64,000 nt of DNA, from IMG/VR virus record IMGVR_UViG_3300034071_001657; one strand, 5' to 3'. The stretch comes from a virus. Position 1 is the first letter of the stretch; the number at the start of each line of letters is the position of its first letter. Below are positions 34,107-43,604 of the stretch, piece by piece. The translations under genes were made by a program, and so were the position numbers. The notes below the pieces were generated by a model. The model had not been told where the DNA came from and ran no database searches. It saw only the letters and a list, made by a program, of their open reading frames with translations.

Positions 34107-35900
34107 TTACCCCTCACACGCTAGACATTCTTCACCTTGCGCCAATGCTTTTAGATCGATCTCTTGAATTGCCTGCCGCTCAATTTTCTTTGCCACTTTA
34201 TCTGCTTTGGCTAGTTTCTCACTTCGACAGTAGTACAATGTTTTAAGTCCACTCTTCCAAGCTTGAAAATGAACTGCATGCAAGTATTTAATATTCGCAT
34301 CAGGCCTGAAAAATAGATTTAATGATTGTGCTTGATCGATGTATTGTTGTCTATCTGAGGCATGTTGAACTATCCATCTCTGATCAATTTCCATAGATGT
34401 TTTGAACACATCTTTTGTCCAATCATCCATCCAATCTAGGTGTTGCACTGAGCCATCATTGGCAATGATGCTGCTCCAGACTTCATCGTACCATCCATCG
34501 GGATGCGATTGAGATTCTTTTTTGATGATCTCGTCGAGATATCTGTTTTTATTTAAGAATGCTCCACTTAAAGTATCTTGCCTATATGCGTTTGCCCGAT
34601 AAGGTTCAATGCTGGGGCTAGTATTTCCCATGAGAATACTGCTTGAGGCATTTGGAGCGATAGCCATAACATGGGCAAAGCGACGCCCAGTGCCAGCGCA
34701 ATCAGGGGCTTCGCCGCGCTCTTTACCCAATTGCAAATTTGCGTCATGTAGTTTTTCCTTAATAGTTTTAAAAATGGATAGATTTCTTCCTACTGCCATG
34801 GCTGATTCCCATGGAAGGTTTTTCTTTTGTAGATATGCATGAAAACCGAGTGCGCCAACACCAATAGACCGTTCCATGCTAGCAGAATATTTTGCTCGTG
34901 ATATGCTATCAGGAGCATTATCAATGAAATACTGTAGAACGTTATCAAGCATCTCTGCAATGTCCCGAAAAAAGGTTGGGTGATCTTTCCAAGCATCATA
35001 ATACTCCAAGTTAACTGAGGATAGACAACACACTGCGGTTCTATCTTTGTCTGTGGGAAGAATAATTTCACTGCAAAGATTACTCTGCTTAATGCTTAGG
35101 CCTTTCTGCTTTTGAAACTCGGGCATATTATTATTGCTAGTGTCAATGAAATGAATGTAAGGCTCGCCAGTCAACATTCGAGTTTCAATAATCTTTTGCC
35201 AAAGTTCTCTAGCAGAGACCGTGTCACGAATTTCACCATTGTGTGGATCACGCAAATGCCAATCATCGCTTGCATTTGGATCCAACATAGAGTTTTCAAT
35301 AATCTTCATGAAGTCATCTGTGATATTAATTCCGTGATGAAGATTAAGTGCCCTCATGTTCGGGTCGCCTGTTGGTTTCCGCATTTCAAGGAAGAGATGA
35401 ATATCAGGGTGGGAAACATTAAGATATGCAGCATAAGAACCACGGCGAGTGCGACCTTGACGATAAGCCAGCGAGGAGGCATCGTAAGTGCGCAGGTGAG
35501 GCATAATGCCAACAGACTTATCATCAGCAGAACGAATGCCAAGACCGATTCCAATTCCGCCTCCTAACATTGAAAGCCAATTTACCTCTGAAAGACAGTC
35601 CACCAAACCTTCTGCACTATCGTGTAAGTATGGTAGAAAACATGAAATAGGCAGGCCACGACTACTACGCCCAAAAGACAAAATGGGAGTAGAATAGCTG
35701 AGCCAATGCTTACTACTGTACTCATATAACATCTGAGCGTGTTCCGGCGAGGAAGAGAATGCTTTTGAGACATACGCAAACCTTTCTTGTGGTGAATTTT
35801 CTTCTTCTTTCATATAGGATTCTTTTAACCTACGAAGTCCTAATTCATCAAAAAGAGAATCCCTAGAGTAGTCTACCTCTATTCCATGTACTGTGTTCAT
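34107..35900 (-). CDS. nrdA: ribonucleotide reductase class I alpha subunit (short, no ATP cone)
   Basis: PISCF, SNLCSEI, VCCLSS, APNASSS, KTLYY, C-terminal CLAC. Confidence 0.97.
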   Translation of the reverse strand: MNTVHGIEVDYSRDSLFDELGLRRLKESYMKEEENSPQERFAYVSKAFSSSPEHAQMLYEYSSKHWLSYSTPILSFGRSSRGLPISCFLPYLHDSAEGLVDCLSEVNWLSMLGGGIGIGLGIRSADDKSVGIMPHLRTYDASSLAYRQGRTRRGSYAAYLNVSHPDIHLFLEMRKPTGDPNMRALNLHHGINITDDFMKIIENSMLDPNASDDWHLRDPHNGEIRDTVSARELWQKIIETRMLTGEPYIHFIDTSNNNMPEFQKQKGLSIKQSNLCSEIILPTDKDRTAVCCLSSVNLEYYDAWKDHPTFFRDIAEMLDNVLQYFIDNAPDSISRAKYSASMERSIGVGALGFHAYLQKKNLPWESAMAVGRNLSIFKTIKEKLHDANLQLGKERGEAPDCAGTGRRFAHVMAIAPNASSSILMGNTSPSIEPYRANAYRQDTLSGAFLNKNRYLDEIIKKESQSHPDGWYDEVWSSIIANDGSVQHLDWMDDWTKDVFKTSMEIDQRWIVQHASDRQQYIDQAQSLNLFFRPDANIKYLHAVHFQAWKSGLKTLYYCRSEKLAKADKVAKKIERQAIQEIDLKALAQGEECLACEG

Positions 35901-35902
35901 AG

Positions 35903-36598
35903 TTATTCCGATGCAAATTCTTGTGCTAGTGGGAAACAAAATGATATCACCTTTGCACACTCTTTTGCAATATCAATGTGTTCTTTTTGTGTACCATTTC
36001 CAGACCTGAGTTCTATATAGTGAACCCATGATCTCAATGTTCCGTTTACGTATAGTTTTGAAACAGTATTTCCTTCTGGTAAGACTGCTCTTGCTACTTC
36101 TTTTGCAATACCTTTGCTGATTGCCCACTCGTATGCATTCTTTGCTTCTGTGATCACACGCTGTTGCATCATTTCCCACTGATAGGCAATCTGACGATCC
36201 ATATCATTTTTCAAATCGATATCTATACTATTTTGTCTATTTTTGGTATCTTGATATCGTGCTTCTCGTAGTACGAAAGCCAATTCTTTGGTGGGGTCGG
36301 CGTATCTCTGGCTAAATTCCTGGAAGCTAAAACTTCGATGGCGCAAAATCTGTCTAGCAATATCTCTGGTAGTTTCAATTTCGATACAGGCGGAGGCCAT
36401 TTCGAGGGGGCTCCAGTGCTTGTGTTTGACAAGATATCGGATGAGTTTTTCTGATGTCTCTGAATTGAATTGATTGGATGGATTGGAGACACGGGCGCAA
36501 TATGCAATGAGTTCTTGAACGTCATATAGTCCCTCCTTGATCAACTCGTTTGATGGTTTCTGATAACTAATTAATTTAACTTTCAATCTTCGCTCCAT
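35903..36598 (-). CDS. thyX: FAD-dependent thymidylate synthase
   Basis: HWSPLE, RHRSFSFQEFSQRY, ARAVLP. Confidence 0.97.
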   Translation of the reverse strand: MERRLKVKLISYQKPSNELIKEGLYDVQELIAYCARVSNPSNQFNSETSEKLIRYLVKHKHWSPLEMASACIEIETTRDIARQILRHRSFSFQEFSQRYADPTKELAFVLREARYQDTKNRQNSIDIDLKNDMDRQIAYQWEMMQQRVITEAKNAYEWAISKGIAKEVARAVLPEGNTVSKLYVNGTLRSWVHYIELRSGNGTQKEHIDIAKECAKVISFCFPLAQEFASE

Positions 36599-36843
36599 TT
36601 CTCAGTTTGTTCGAATCGTTTTTCTTGAATTGTTTTTTCACCAAATGTGTGCCTAGGATTAGCACACATTACGCATTTAGGATTGCCGCAGTTTAAAACA
36701 TGGTGTTTCGCAAATCTATGAGGCTGTTCCGTATATTTTTTATCTACACCGTACTGCTTTGCAATCTTTACCTGTTTTTTAATTGCGTTTTCTTCTTGCT
36801 GAAGTCTACGTGAGTGCTTTTCTTTGGTAAGTTCATCGCTCAT
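36583..36843 (-). CDS. conserved hypothetical Cys/His protein
   Basis: PHRFAKHHVLNCGNPKCVMCANPR. Confidence 0.7.
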   Translation of the reverse strand: MSDELTKEKHSRRLQQEENAIKKQVKIAKQYGVDKKYTEQPHRFAKHHVLNCGNPKCVMCANPRHTFGEKTIQEKRFEQTEKWSED

Positions 36844-36851
36844 GAAATCTC

Positions 36852-37880
36852 CTAACATCTCCTCCATAAGAGAAGATTCATAATCGCTGTAGGGCCAGAA
36901 AAAGTATTTTTATTTATAGTAGTCAAAATTTCATCTGTGCTTAAATTCTCATGTTGTATCATTTCATTGATATCTTTTGCCATAATTGTTTCAGGCCAAA
37001 TGCAAATGCTAAAGCCTTGCTTGATTGATGATTCCATCTCTCTTACAATCTCTTTATTTCTAGGCTCATTGTCATATACTAAAACAAGATTATCTTTTGA
37101 CAAATGTTCACCAACAGACTTTAGATTAGAGTTACCAACCGCGACTGAATTCGGCAAGAACAAACTATCTATTGGACCTTCGGTCACATAAATTGTCTGA
37201 TCTTTGTCTACAGTATTCATACCAAAAATCATCGGAGAATCTTTTTTAATTCGTATTGTCACATAACGAATTTTTTCATCGCCCAATGCTCTACCAGAAA
37301 GACCAACAAGTTCATTGTTTTCATCGAAAAAAGGAATCACAAGCCTTGATTCATTCGTGACTATCTTCTCGTCATATCCTTCTGCAAATTTTTTAAACTT
37401 TGAGATATCATCTACATATCTCAAATCAGAGTATCGATCTTTCGGAATTTTTCTGTATGTAAGATAACGAATTACCTCATGATCTTCATTCAGTTTATCA
37501 AGAGGTGTCAATAAATTGTTGAAAGCATTGTCTTCTTTATTGCTTTTAAAACTAACTGGAGTAAAAACAAAGCCATGGCTTTTGTGCGCCTTAAATCCTG
37601 TTTCACCACTAGCGTATCTCTCTAGGCAATACTCTTTGTATAGATTTGAATCTATGACTCGAATCAGTGAACCGAGAGACATGCTGGCTTGGCAATTGTG
37701 ACAGCGGTAGAATAGGCCACCCTTTTTGCCAAACAAATAACCGCGTGCTTTATTTTTATTCTTCTGACTGTCGCCACAGATCGGACAGCGGAAATTGTAT
37801 GTATACGAATCCTTTCTGGTGAACTTGTCAAGCCTGCCAGAAAGGATTCCAATATATTTTTGATCGATCCACATACTCAT
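36852..37880 (-). CDS. 61: DNA primase (T4 gp61)
   Basis: CPICGDS...CHNC zinc finger, EGPIDSLF, DNEPRN, KDIN. Confidence 0.95.
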   Translation of the reverse strand: MSMWIDQKYIGILSGRLDKFTRKDSYTYNFRCPICGDSQKNKNKARGYLFGKKGGLFYRCHNCQASMSLGSLIRVIDSNLYKEYCLERYASGETGFKAHKSHGFVFTPVSFKSNKEDNAFNNLLTPLDKLNEDHEVIRYLTYRKIPKDRYSDLRYVDDISKFKKFAEGYDEKIVTNESRLVIPFFDENNELVGLSGRALGDEKIRYVTIRIKKDSPMIFGMNTVDKDQTIYVTEGPIDSLFLPNSVAVGNSNLKSVGEHLSKDNLVLVYDNEPRNKEIVREMESSIKQGFSICIWPETIMAKDINEMIQHENLSTDEILTTINKNTFSGPTAIMNLLLWRRC

Positions 37881-37932
37881 AATGACTCCATGTGCAATAG
37901 ACGTTACATTCTATCACATGAAGAATCGAAAA

Positions 37933-38373
37933 TCAAATGAATTTTGAAACTATGAATCCTACAATAGCTCCACCGCCCATCATCATCCATTTCCATCTTT
38001 CTATAGTGGTCACCCTTTGATTCATTTCGGAATGATAGTTCGTGGTGCAATTTTTTATTTCTTTCATTTCTAACATAATGTCATTATGTAGATGAGAAAT
38101 TTCTTTACGAAAATCATCCTTTATAGTGTCTACTTCACGGCGGCGCTCTTCGACCTTAGCAAATAACAATTCAATCATAGAATTTAATTGTTTATCTGCC
38201 TCTTCTTGTTTTTCCAGTTTATTTTCGTGAACAGCAAGCATTCTGGTGAGATTCGAAGAAACCTCACCAAGCTTTTCAATAGTAACATCGAGCCGCGTGA
38301 ACAGCCCATTTAACTGGTGCATGTCACGCTTCAATATCTCAACGTCGGTTCTTAGATTCGAATCTTCTATCAT
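37933..38373 (-). CDS. coiled-coil protein with C-terminal TM
   Basis: MLAVHE...IERWKWMMMGG. Confidence 0.7.
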   Translation of the reverse strand: MIEDSNLRTDVEILKRDMHQLNGLFTRLDVTIEKLGEVSSNLTRMLAVHENKLEKQEEADKQLNSMIELLFAKVEERRREVDTIKDDFRKEISHLHNDIMLEMKEIKNCTTNYHSEMNQRVTTIERWKWMMMGGGAIVGFIVSKFI

Positions 38374-38374
38374 A

Positions 38375-38590
38375 TTATTTTTTTTCTGGAACCTTAGTGC
38401 CTTCTAGTTTTTGATGGACTTTGATTTCTTTACATTCCTGGACAGGTTTACCGTCTTTGTCTAAAACTTTCTTGCCGTCATTTGTAACTTTGTCCACGCA
38501 AACTTTTTTCGTTTCTGCTGCAAATGAAATATTATGATAACTCAAAATTGGAATTAAACCAATGATTGCTGCGGTAATGATTAGTTTCAT
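38375..38590 (-). CDS. small secreted protein
   Basis: signal peptide, two Cys. Confidence 0.65.
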   Translation of the reverse strand: MKLIITAAIIGLIPILSYHNISFAAETKKVCVDKVTNDGKKVLDKDGKPVQECKEIKVHQKLEGTKVPEKK

Positions 38591-38599
38591 TTTTATTCC

Positions 38600-38836
38600 T
38601 TATTTTAGTAATGGTTGTGCTGGTGGTGGCGCTTTAGGGGCAAATTTTTCTGATGCTGTAAATCCTAATCCCGCAACTACAATATACATCATTGAATCAA
38701 ATAGCGCGGGAGTAACTTTATATCCAAAGATATCGGCTATAAATCCAAACGCACATAAAACAAATGCCAAAAAAGTTATAACTCTTTTACTGCTAATGCT
38801 TTCATTATGCCCATCTTGAAATATAGATTTCAACAT
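38600..38836 (-). CDS. holin-like two-TM protein
   Basis: SSKRVITF, two TMs, in lysis cluster. Confidence 0.6.
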   Translation of the reverse strand: MLKSIFQDGHNESISSKRVITFLAFVLCAFGFIADIFGYKVTPALFDSMMYIVVAGLGFTASEKFAPKAPPPAQPLLK

Positions 38837-38837
38837 A

Positions 38838-39317
38838 TTAAAGCTCCGGCTGAGGTGCTGGTGGTGGCGCTAGTTTACCACCAAATCCTGGGGCTGGCGC
38901 AGGCATTTGAAACGATTGCACAGACTGCGGTGCTGGACCGAATCCGAGTACAGGTTCAGTGCGTTCAGCTTTTTTTGGCTCTGGCGCTGGCTTTTTCGTT
39001 TCTTCCATTGTTGTTTTGAAGGACTCAGTGGCTTGCTTCTGTGCTGCAAGCATAGCTTCTTGTTCTTCTTTCGGTCTACCCGCTAGCATAATACCTGATA
39101 ATGTTCCAGTTAAAAATGTTGCAATCGGAACAATAAGTTCAAAGAATTTTTGATCGATTGGTGACATTGCATTTAATGGTTGTGTTACGAAGATGATTGA
39201 ATACAATACAACGAATACAATACCTGTCAATGTTAATGCAAGACAAACTCCAATAAAGAATTTCAGTCTCGCCATCAATTGATCTTCAGTATATACGAAT
39301 GGAGTGTTATTTTGCAT
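38838..39317 (-). CDS. two-TM membrane protein (holin/antiholin candidate)
   Basis: two TMs plus Pro-rich tail. Confidence 0.6.
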   Translation of the reverse strand: MQNNTPFVYTEDQLMARLKFFIGVCLALTLTGIVFVVLYSIIFVTQPLNAMSPIDQKFFELIVPIATFLTGTLSGIMLAGRPKEEQEAMLAAQKQATESFKTTMEETKKPAPEPKKAERTEPVLGFGPAPQSVQSFQMPAPAPGFGGKLAPPPAPQPEL

Positions 39318-39606
39318 TATTAGCTCCCTGTGGTGCTGGACATGTTTGGCAAATCTGTCCTGTGTTTTGTACTATGGGTTCGTTCCTTGTTGGTGGTGGT
39401 CCTAATCTAGGATCACGTTGACCTTTAAATATGTGTTCGGGGCATGTTCTTGTTACATCACAATGCGGCATCTTACACATTTCTTTATCCCAGTTTTTAG
39501 GGTCCTGGCAAGGATATCTGAAACGATCTCCACCAAATATTGCAAGTGTAAGAGGAAGTAATAATAAAATGAGAAGCCCAAGAAAGAGTTTTCTGTCACT
39601 CACCAT
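39307..39606 (-). CDS. membrane-anchored Cys-rich periplasmic protein
   Basis: TM then DRFRYPCQDP.NW...C..P.C...RTCP. Confidence 0.65.
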   Translation of the reverse strand: MVSDRKLFLGLLILLLLPLTLAIFGGDRFRYPCQDPKNWDKEMCKMPHCDVTRTCPEHIFKGQRDPRLGPPPTRNEPIVQNTGQICQTCPAPQGANNAK

Positions 39607-40227
39607 TTATACCTCCAGAACGTGTAAAGCATGTTCGTAATGTTTAATACGATCATCTAAACCTATCGTTCCACCATTGATTCTTTTTGTTAATGTAAGA
39701 ATGTCACCAGTATCTGCCCATTGATTGAGTTTGTTGCTCTCCCAAAACCAACAGGCAGATTGCGCAGCACCTTCGAAGGTTGTCAGATACTCTGATGCCT
39801 CTTCAGGAGTTATCTCAAGTGATGCAGCAAACCAAGTATAATTATGTCTGCCAGTAAGTTGAATTAATCCACGTCCACGAAAACGATAACCATCACCCGA
39901 TTCTTCTGGACCGTTACCCATGCGACTTGCATAAATTCTATTTGCTATTGCTTCTTGTTTGTTTGGTCTGCCAGCATAGTCCTGCGCAATAGCGTCATTT
40001 GGAAAATATTTCGGAAATACTTTTCTCAATGATTGCCAACGATAGTTTAGATTCTCAACCAGTGCAGTAAACCCAGCAGACTCATGGGCGCACTGTGCTA
40101 TAAACGCAGCCATTCTTTTAGGCGTGTTTATTTCATAATCAGGAAATAATTGTTCAAGTGCTTTGTGCCAATGAGGCACATAAGGATTCTTAGGCAATAA
40201 TTGTTTTAATTGTTCTTGTGTTATCAT
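39607..40227 (-). CDS. glycoside hydrolase family 19 endolysin
   Basis: FIAQCAHES, ENLNY, FRGRGLIQLTG, TKRINGG. Confidence 0.93.
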   Translation of the reverse strand: MITQEQLKQLLPKNPYVPHWHKALEQLFPDYEINTPKRMAAFIAQCAHESAGFTALVENLNYRWQSLRKVFPKYFPNDAIAQDYAGRPNKQEAIANRIYASRMGNGPEESGDGYRFRGRGLIQLTGRHNYTWFAASLEITPEEASEYLTTFEGAAQSACWFWESNKLNQWADTGDILTLTKRINGGTIGLDDRIKHYEHALHVLEV

Positions 40228-40487
40228 TTGACATCCTCAAAAATCTTTTTTTGTACTTTATACCATTCGATCCATGCTTTAGATTTCAATGAGCAGTCAT
40301 GATATAACATATAATTATCAGTCACAGTCTTTGCAATATCACTCAATTTAACTTCTTTTTCCAACTTTTTAAGTTCCGTGCAAGGCTCAAGCAACATATC
40401 TGGTGCAACAGGAAATTTAGGTTTTATTGGTACTGGTGTAGAGCAACCCGCCAACAATAACAGTGTGCATAATAAAACAATTCTCAT
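40224..40487 (-). CDS. o-spanin (Rz1-like lipoprotein)
   Basis: lipobox LLAGC, Pro-rich, downstream of i-spanin. Confidence 0.85.
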   Translation of the reverse strand: MRIVLLCTLLLLAGCSTPVPIKPKFPVAPDMLLEPCTELKKLEKEVKLSDIAKTVTDNYMLYHDCSLKSKAWIEWYKVQKKIFEDVK

Positions 40488-40918
40488 TGTATTTTCTCTG
40501 CTGCTTTATTATGTACTTCTACAAACGCAGGAGGTATTTCACATTTATTGTCGAACTTCACAACCTCTCGATCAACATACTGAACTATATCTTTTCCCTT
40601 TTCTTTTATGACTTGTTTTTGTACTACAACTTTTTCAACAATCTTAACTGTCTCAACTGCACCTCTTGCTTCTGCTTCTGCTAACTTCGCTTCAACTTCT
40701 TTTACTTTTGCTTGCCATGCTTCTTCGTTTGCAATTGATCCTGCCATGTAAACACCAATGACAATAAAAATAACCGACACAATTTGTATCGGTGCTTTGT
40801 ACATATACAAAGCAGGAATCGGTATAAATTTAAGTAGATAAGTTACAAGAAATCCTAATATGCCTATTGCAAGTATACCGTAGAATATCCAGTTAGGAAG
40901 CCATTGTAGAATCCACAT
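40484..40918 (-). CDS. i-spanin (Rz-like)
   Basis: N-terminal TMs, periplasmic coiled coil, C-terminal Cys. Confidence 0.8.
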   Translation of the reverse strand: MWILQWLPNWIFYGILAIGILGFLVTYLLKFIPIPALYMYKAPIQIVSVIFIVIGVYMAGSIANEEAWQAKVKEVEAKLAEAEARGAVETVKIVEKVVVQKQVIKEKGKDIVQYVDREVVKFDNKCEIPPAFVEVHNKAAEKIQ

Positions 40919-40930
40919 GATTGCTAATCT

Positions 40931-41971
40931 CTACACTGTTAATTTCTGATTGCTGGTCATAAAATTTTTCTTTCTCATTACAGTTTTAGCAACCAAGTCT
41001 AATTGTTCGGCACTTCTATCCCACTTCAAAACAAATGGCATATTAATGTCAGATTGCATATCATTAATCACTGCTTCAGCATCAGGGCCTAGCTTTGGAA
41101 TTCTTTTGCCGTGTTTTTCATATGTTTTTTTAAACAACGCAGTCAATTCATCTGACGTAATTTGTTTTCTATTTCTCTCATCATTTACTCTATCTAAAAA
41201 ATGTCGAGTAAATGCCACATCAATTCCTACCGCCTGAAATAATTTATCAGCATATTGTTCAATCTTTTTTAAGTCTGACTGAGTTATTTCCTCAATCAAC
41301 AACCTAGCACCAAAAGATTCAGTGAATAATCCGCTTTTGCCGTGACGTAAAAAAATCATCGCACCTGTCATTCCATCTTGAAGAATGATCGGCTTCTTTG
41401 GATTCTTTCTTCCGTACTGACGAATTGCTTCACCCACATCATCGTCGCCAACATACGTTTCATATTTTAGAAATTTTCTTTTTCCCAAACGCGCTTTTAA
41501 GTAACGCTTTGTATCGACAACGAAAACATCATTGTTAGCAAATCTTCTCATCATTATTTTACTTCCCGCTGGAGGATCACCCGTAGTTCCTGCTATTCGG
41601 CCTGCCCCAACAACGTTAGCAATTTCTTCTTTTAGTGTTTCTTTGTTTGATAGAAACACTGCAAACTTTTCTTCCAGATTATCTGGCGTCAAATTCTTTT
41701 CTTCTTTAATCAAAAACAATGCTGCGGCATATGTTGCAAATTTTGTTTTACCGCCTGGAACTTTCATTAACAGTTTTTTTAAGTTTAGAATCAACACATC
41801 TAACAGATTAAAAGAATCTCTTTCATCTTGAGTGTTTCTCTCAGATGATGACTTGAGAATGTTACCCTCGGCATCGATAACTCCAGTCTTGTAGGCTGGC
41901 CAGTTTTCGAATGGTGTGGTTAACTTTCTTAGAATTCTATAAACTACATATAAGTCTACTAAGTTTGCCAT
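40931..41971 (-). CDS. conserved T4-like late protein, multi-module
   Basis: YRILRKLTTPF..WPAYKTGVID.EG; modules separated by LKEE/FTE/IEE. Confidence 0.7.
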   Translation of the reverse strand: MANLVDLYVVYRILRKLTTPFENWPAYKTGVIDAEGNILKSSSERNTQDERDSFNLLDVLILNLKKLLMKVPGGKTKFATYAAALFLIKEEKNLTPDNLEEKFAVFLSNKETLKEEIANVVGAGRIAGTTGDPPAGSKIMMRRFANNDVFVVDTKRYLKARLGKRKFLKYETYVGDDDVGEAIRQYGRKNPKKPIILQDGMTGAMIFLRHGKSGLFTESFGARLLIEEITQSDLKKIEQYADKLFQAVGIDVAFTRHFLDRVNDERNRKQITSDELTALFKKTYEKHGKRIPKLGPDAEAVINDMQSDINMPFVLKWDRSAEQLDLVAKTVMRKKNFMTSNQKLTV

Positions 41972-42318
41972 TATATCCTTCTTTTTATTTCTTCTAGCAA
42001 TTCAGAATCGTGAATTTCATTATCATGAATATATTTCAACATTACAAGAAAAGCATTGAGTATGTGATGATTCTTCTCTTCAATTTTAAATCGAAGCATA
42101 TTTACTGTAGCTTCTACACCAAAAACATTTGAGAGAAAGATTATGTGATTCAGTATTAATCTTTCTCTCAATTCACTCTTTTCAACATATTTGTTTATCA
42201 GTCTTTTGATATACTTAAATTTATTTAAATCTTCTAAGTATTCTAAGACTGATATACAATTAGGATTTCTGTAATTGTTTATAGCATATTCATCAAATTC
42301 ATCATCATTAAAAATCAT
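41971..42318 (-). CDS. conserved T4-like hypothetical protein
   Basis: YRNPNC...EDLNKFKYIKRL...LRERLILNHII..NVFG. Confidence 0.8.
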   Translation of the reverse strand: MIFNDDEFDEYAINNYRNPNCISVLEYLEDLNKFKYIKRLINKYVEKSELRERLILNHIIFLSNVFGVEATVNMLRFKIEEKNHHILNAFLVMLKYIHDNEIHDSELLEEIKRRI

Positions 42319-42319
42319 A

Positions 42320-42742
42320 TTACCAGCCGCTTAGTGCAACCCTTAGAATTGAATTGGCGCCTGTCGCTGCAACTGCAACATACAAATAGTTTGCATCCCA
42401 AGCAATTGATCCTACTTCCATACCAACCGAACTATTATTATTGGATCCTGGTGTGAATGCAGTTCTAACTCTAATTCTATCATTATCAAAGTCTGCTAAA
42501 CCATCAACAAGAAATCTGTCACTAGGCGTAATTTTAAACGTGCCACCAGTAACAAATTCTGTATTTGCAACTGAACCCAACTTAATTGTTTGAAATGTGG
42601 TTTGTGCTGTTTCACCAAAAATATCACCAAGTTCAACTTTTTTAGAAACTGGTGATCCCGATGGATCATCAACGATAAGCAACAAATCATTATTTGCTGG
42701 TGCTGTCAATGCGGTTAATTGTGTAATCTTTTTATCTGCCAT
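42320..42742 (-). CDS. putative virion structural protein
   Basis: MADKKITQLTAL..., GSIAWDANYLYV. Confidence 0.7.
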   Translation of the reverse strand: MADKKITQLTALTAPANNDLLLIVDDPSGSPVSKKVELGDIFGETAQTTFQTIKLGSVANTEFVTGGTFKITPSDRFLVDGLADFDNDRIRVRTAFTPGSNNNSSVGMEVGSIAWDANYLYVAVAATGANSILRVALSGW

Positions 42743-42811
42743 TTAAAACTCCTATTTTATAAACCCAACTGAATGGGAATGCTACTCCTGGGACTCAGGC
42801 CAACATGTAGA

Positions 42812-43558
42812 TTAAACTTCTTCGAGAGTTGCCGCATCAGAAACTGTATTGGCTGAAACACCCGTGGCAGAAATCTGTACGCGATAAAGATTGCCATCCA
42901 ATCCGGTGTTATCGGAAATTTCAAGCGTGCTAGTATTGGTATTGGCATAAACTCCAGCATCTGTGAGATTTGCCCAAGATGCGCCAGTGTTTGCTTGCCA
43001 ACGATAGTTGAGTGTTGTGCCCGATGGATCAACTGAAGCAGAAACGCTAAACGAAACTGCATTACCAGTTTCTTCACTCGAATTCTGTGGTTGTGTATTG
43101 ATAGTAATGATTGCGTCTGGATAAACTGCGTCCTCTGCATCACCTGAAATGCTTGACATAGCAACCAATACTTCACGCTTAATTCTAGTGACGCCGTGCA
43201 TGTCGGTGTATGTGTTTCTTAAAATCCAACCCGCATCTTTGTCATTGACTTGTGCTTCTGTTGAATCAACACCGAAAGTTTTTCTACCATCTGTATAGTA
43301 AAGATACTTAGGTGTGTCTTGACCAGTTACAGTTTGGCTTGAAGCATTTGCTGTTGACCATGCTGGAGAAATAGTTAAGTGTGTGGCGTTTGTAATGCCA
43401 GTAACTTTATATTTTGTTCCCCCGCTCGTAACAATCATGTCGCCAATGTCAAGTTCAGTCACAAAAGCTGTTCCTGTTCCAACAACTGTGTCTGAAGTGT
43501 TAACAAAAGCAACTGTTCCAGTGACTGTGAATGAATCTCTTTTTCCCCATAGTGCCAT
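42812..43558 (-). CDS. virion (capsid-decoration-like) protein with C-terminal Ig-like domain
   Basis: MALWG, AGW...R.KREVLVAM, ITINTQP...YRWQ...YRV Ig fold. Confidence 0.75.
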   Translation of the reverse strand: MALWGKRDSFTVTGTVAFVNTSDTVVGTGTAFVTELDIGDMIVTSGGTKYKVTGITNATHLTISPAWSTANASSQTVTGQDTPKYLYYTDGRKTFGVDSTEAQVNDKDAGWILRNTYTDMHGVTRIKREVLVAMSSISGDAEDAVYPDAIITINTQPQNSSEETGNAVSFSVSASVDPSGTTLNYRWQANTGASWANLTDAGVYANTNTSTLEISDNTGLDGNLYRVQISATGVSANTVSDAATLEEV

Positions 43559-43604
43559 GGTTTTCTCCTTTAAATTACTTTCACACTTATTTATGTGTGC
43601 GTTA

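Noticed and set aside
42757-43176. 139-aa alternative-frame ORF
   Set aside because: Overlaps the Ig domain of 42812..43558 in another frame; no RBS or motif.
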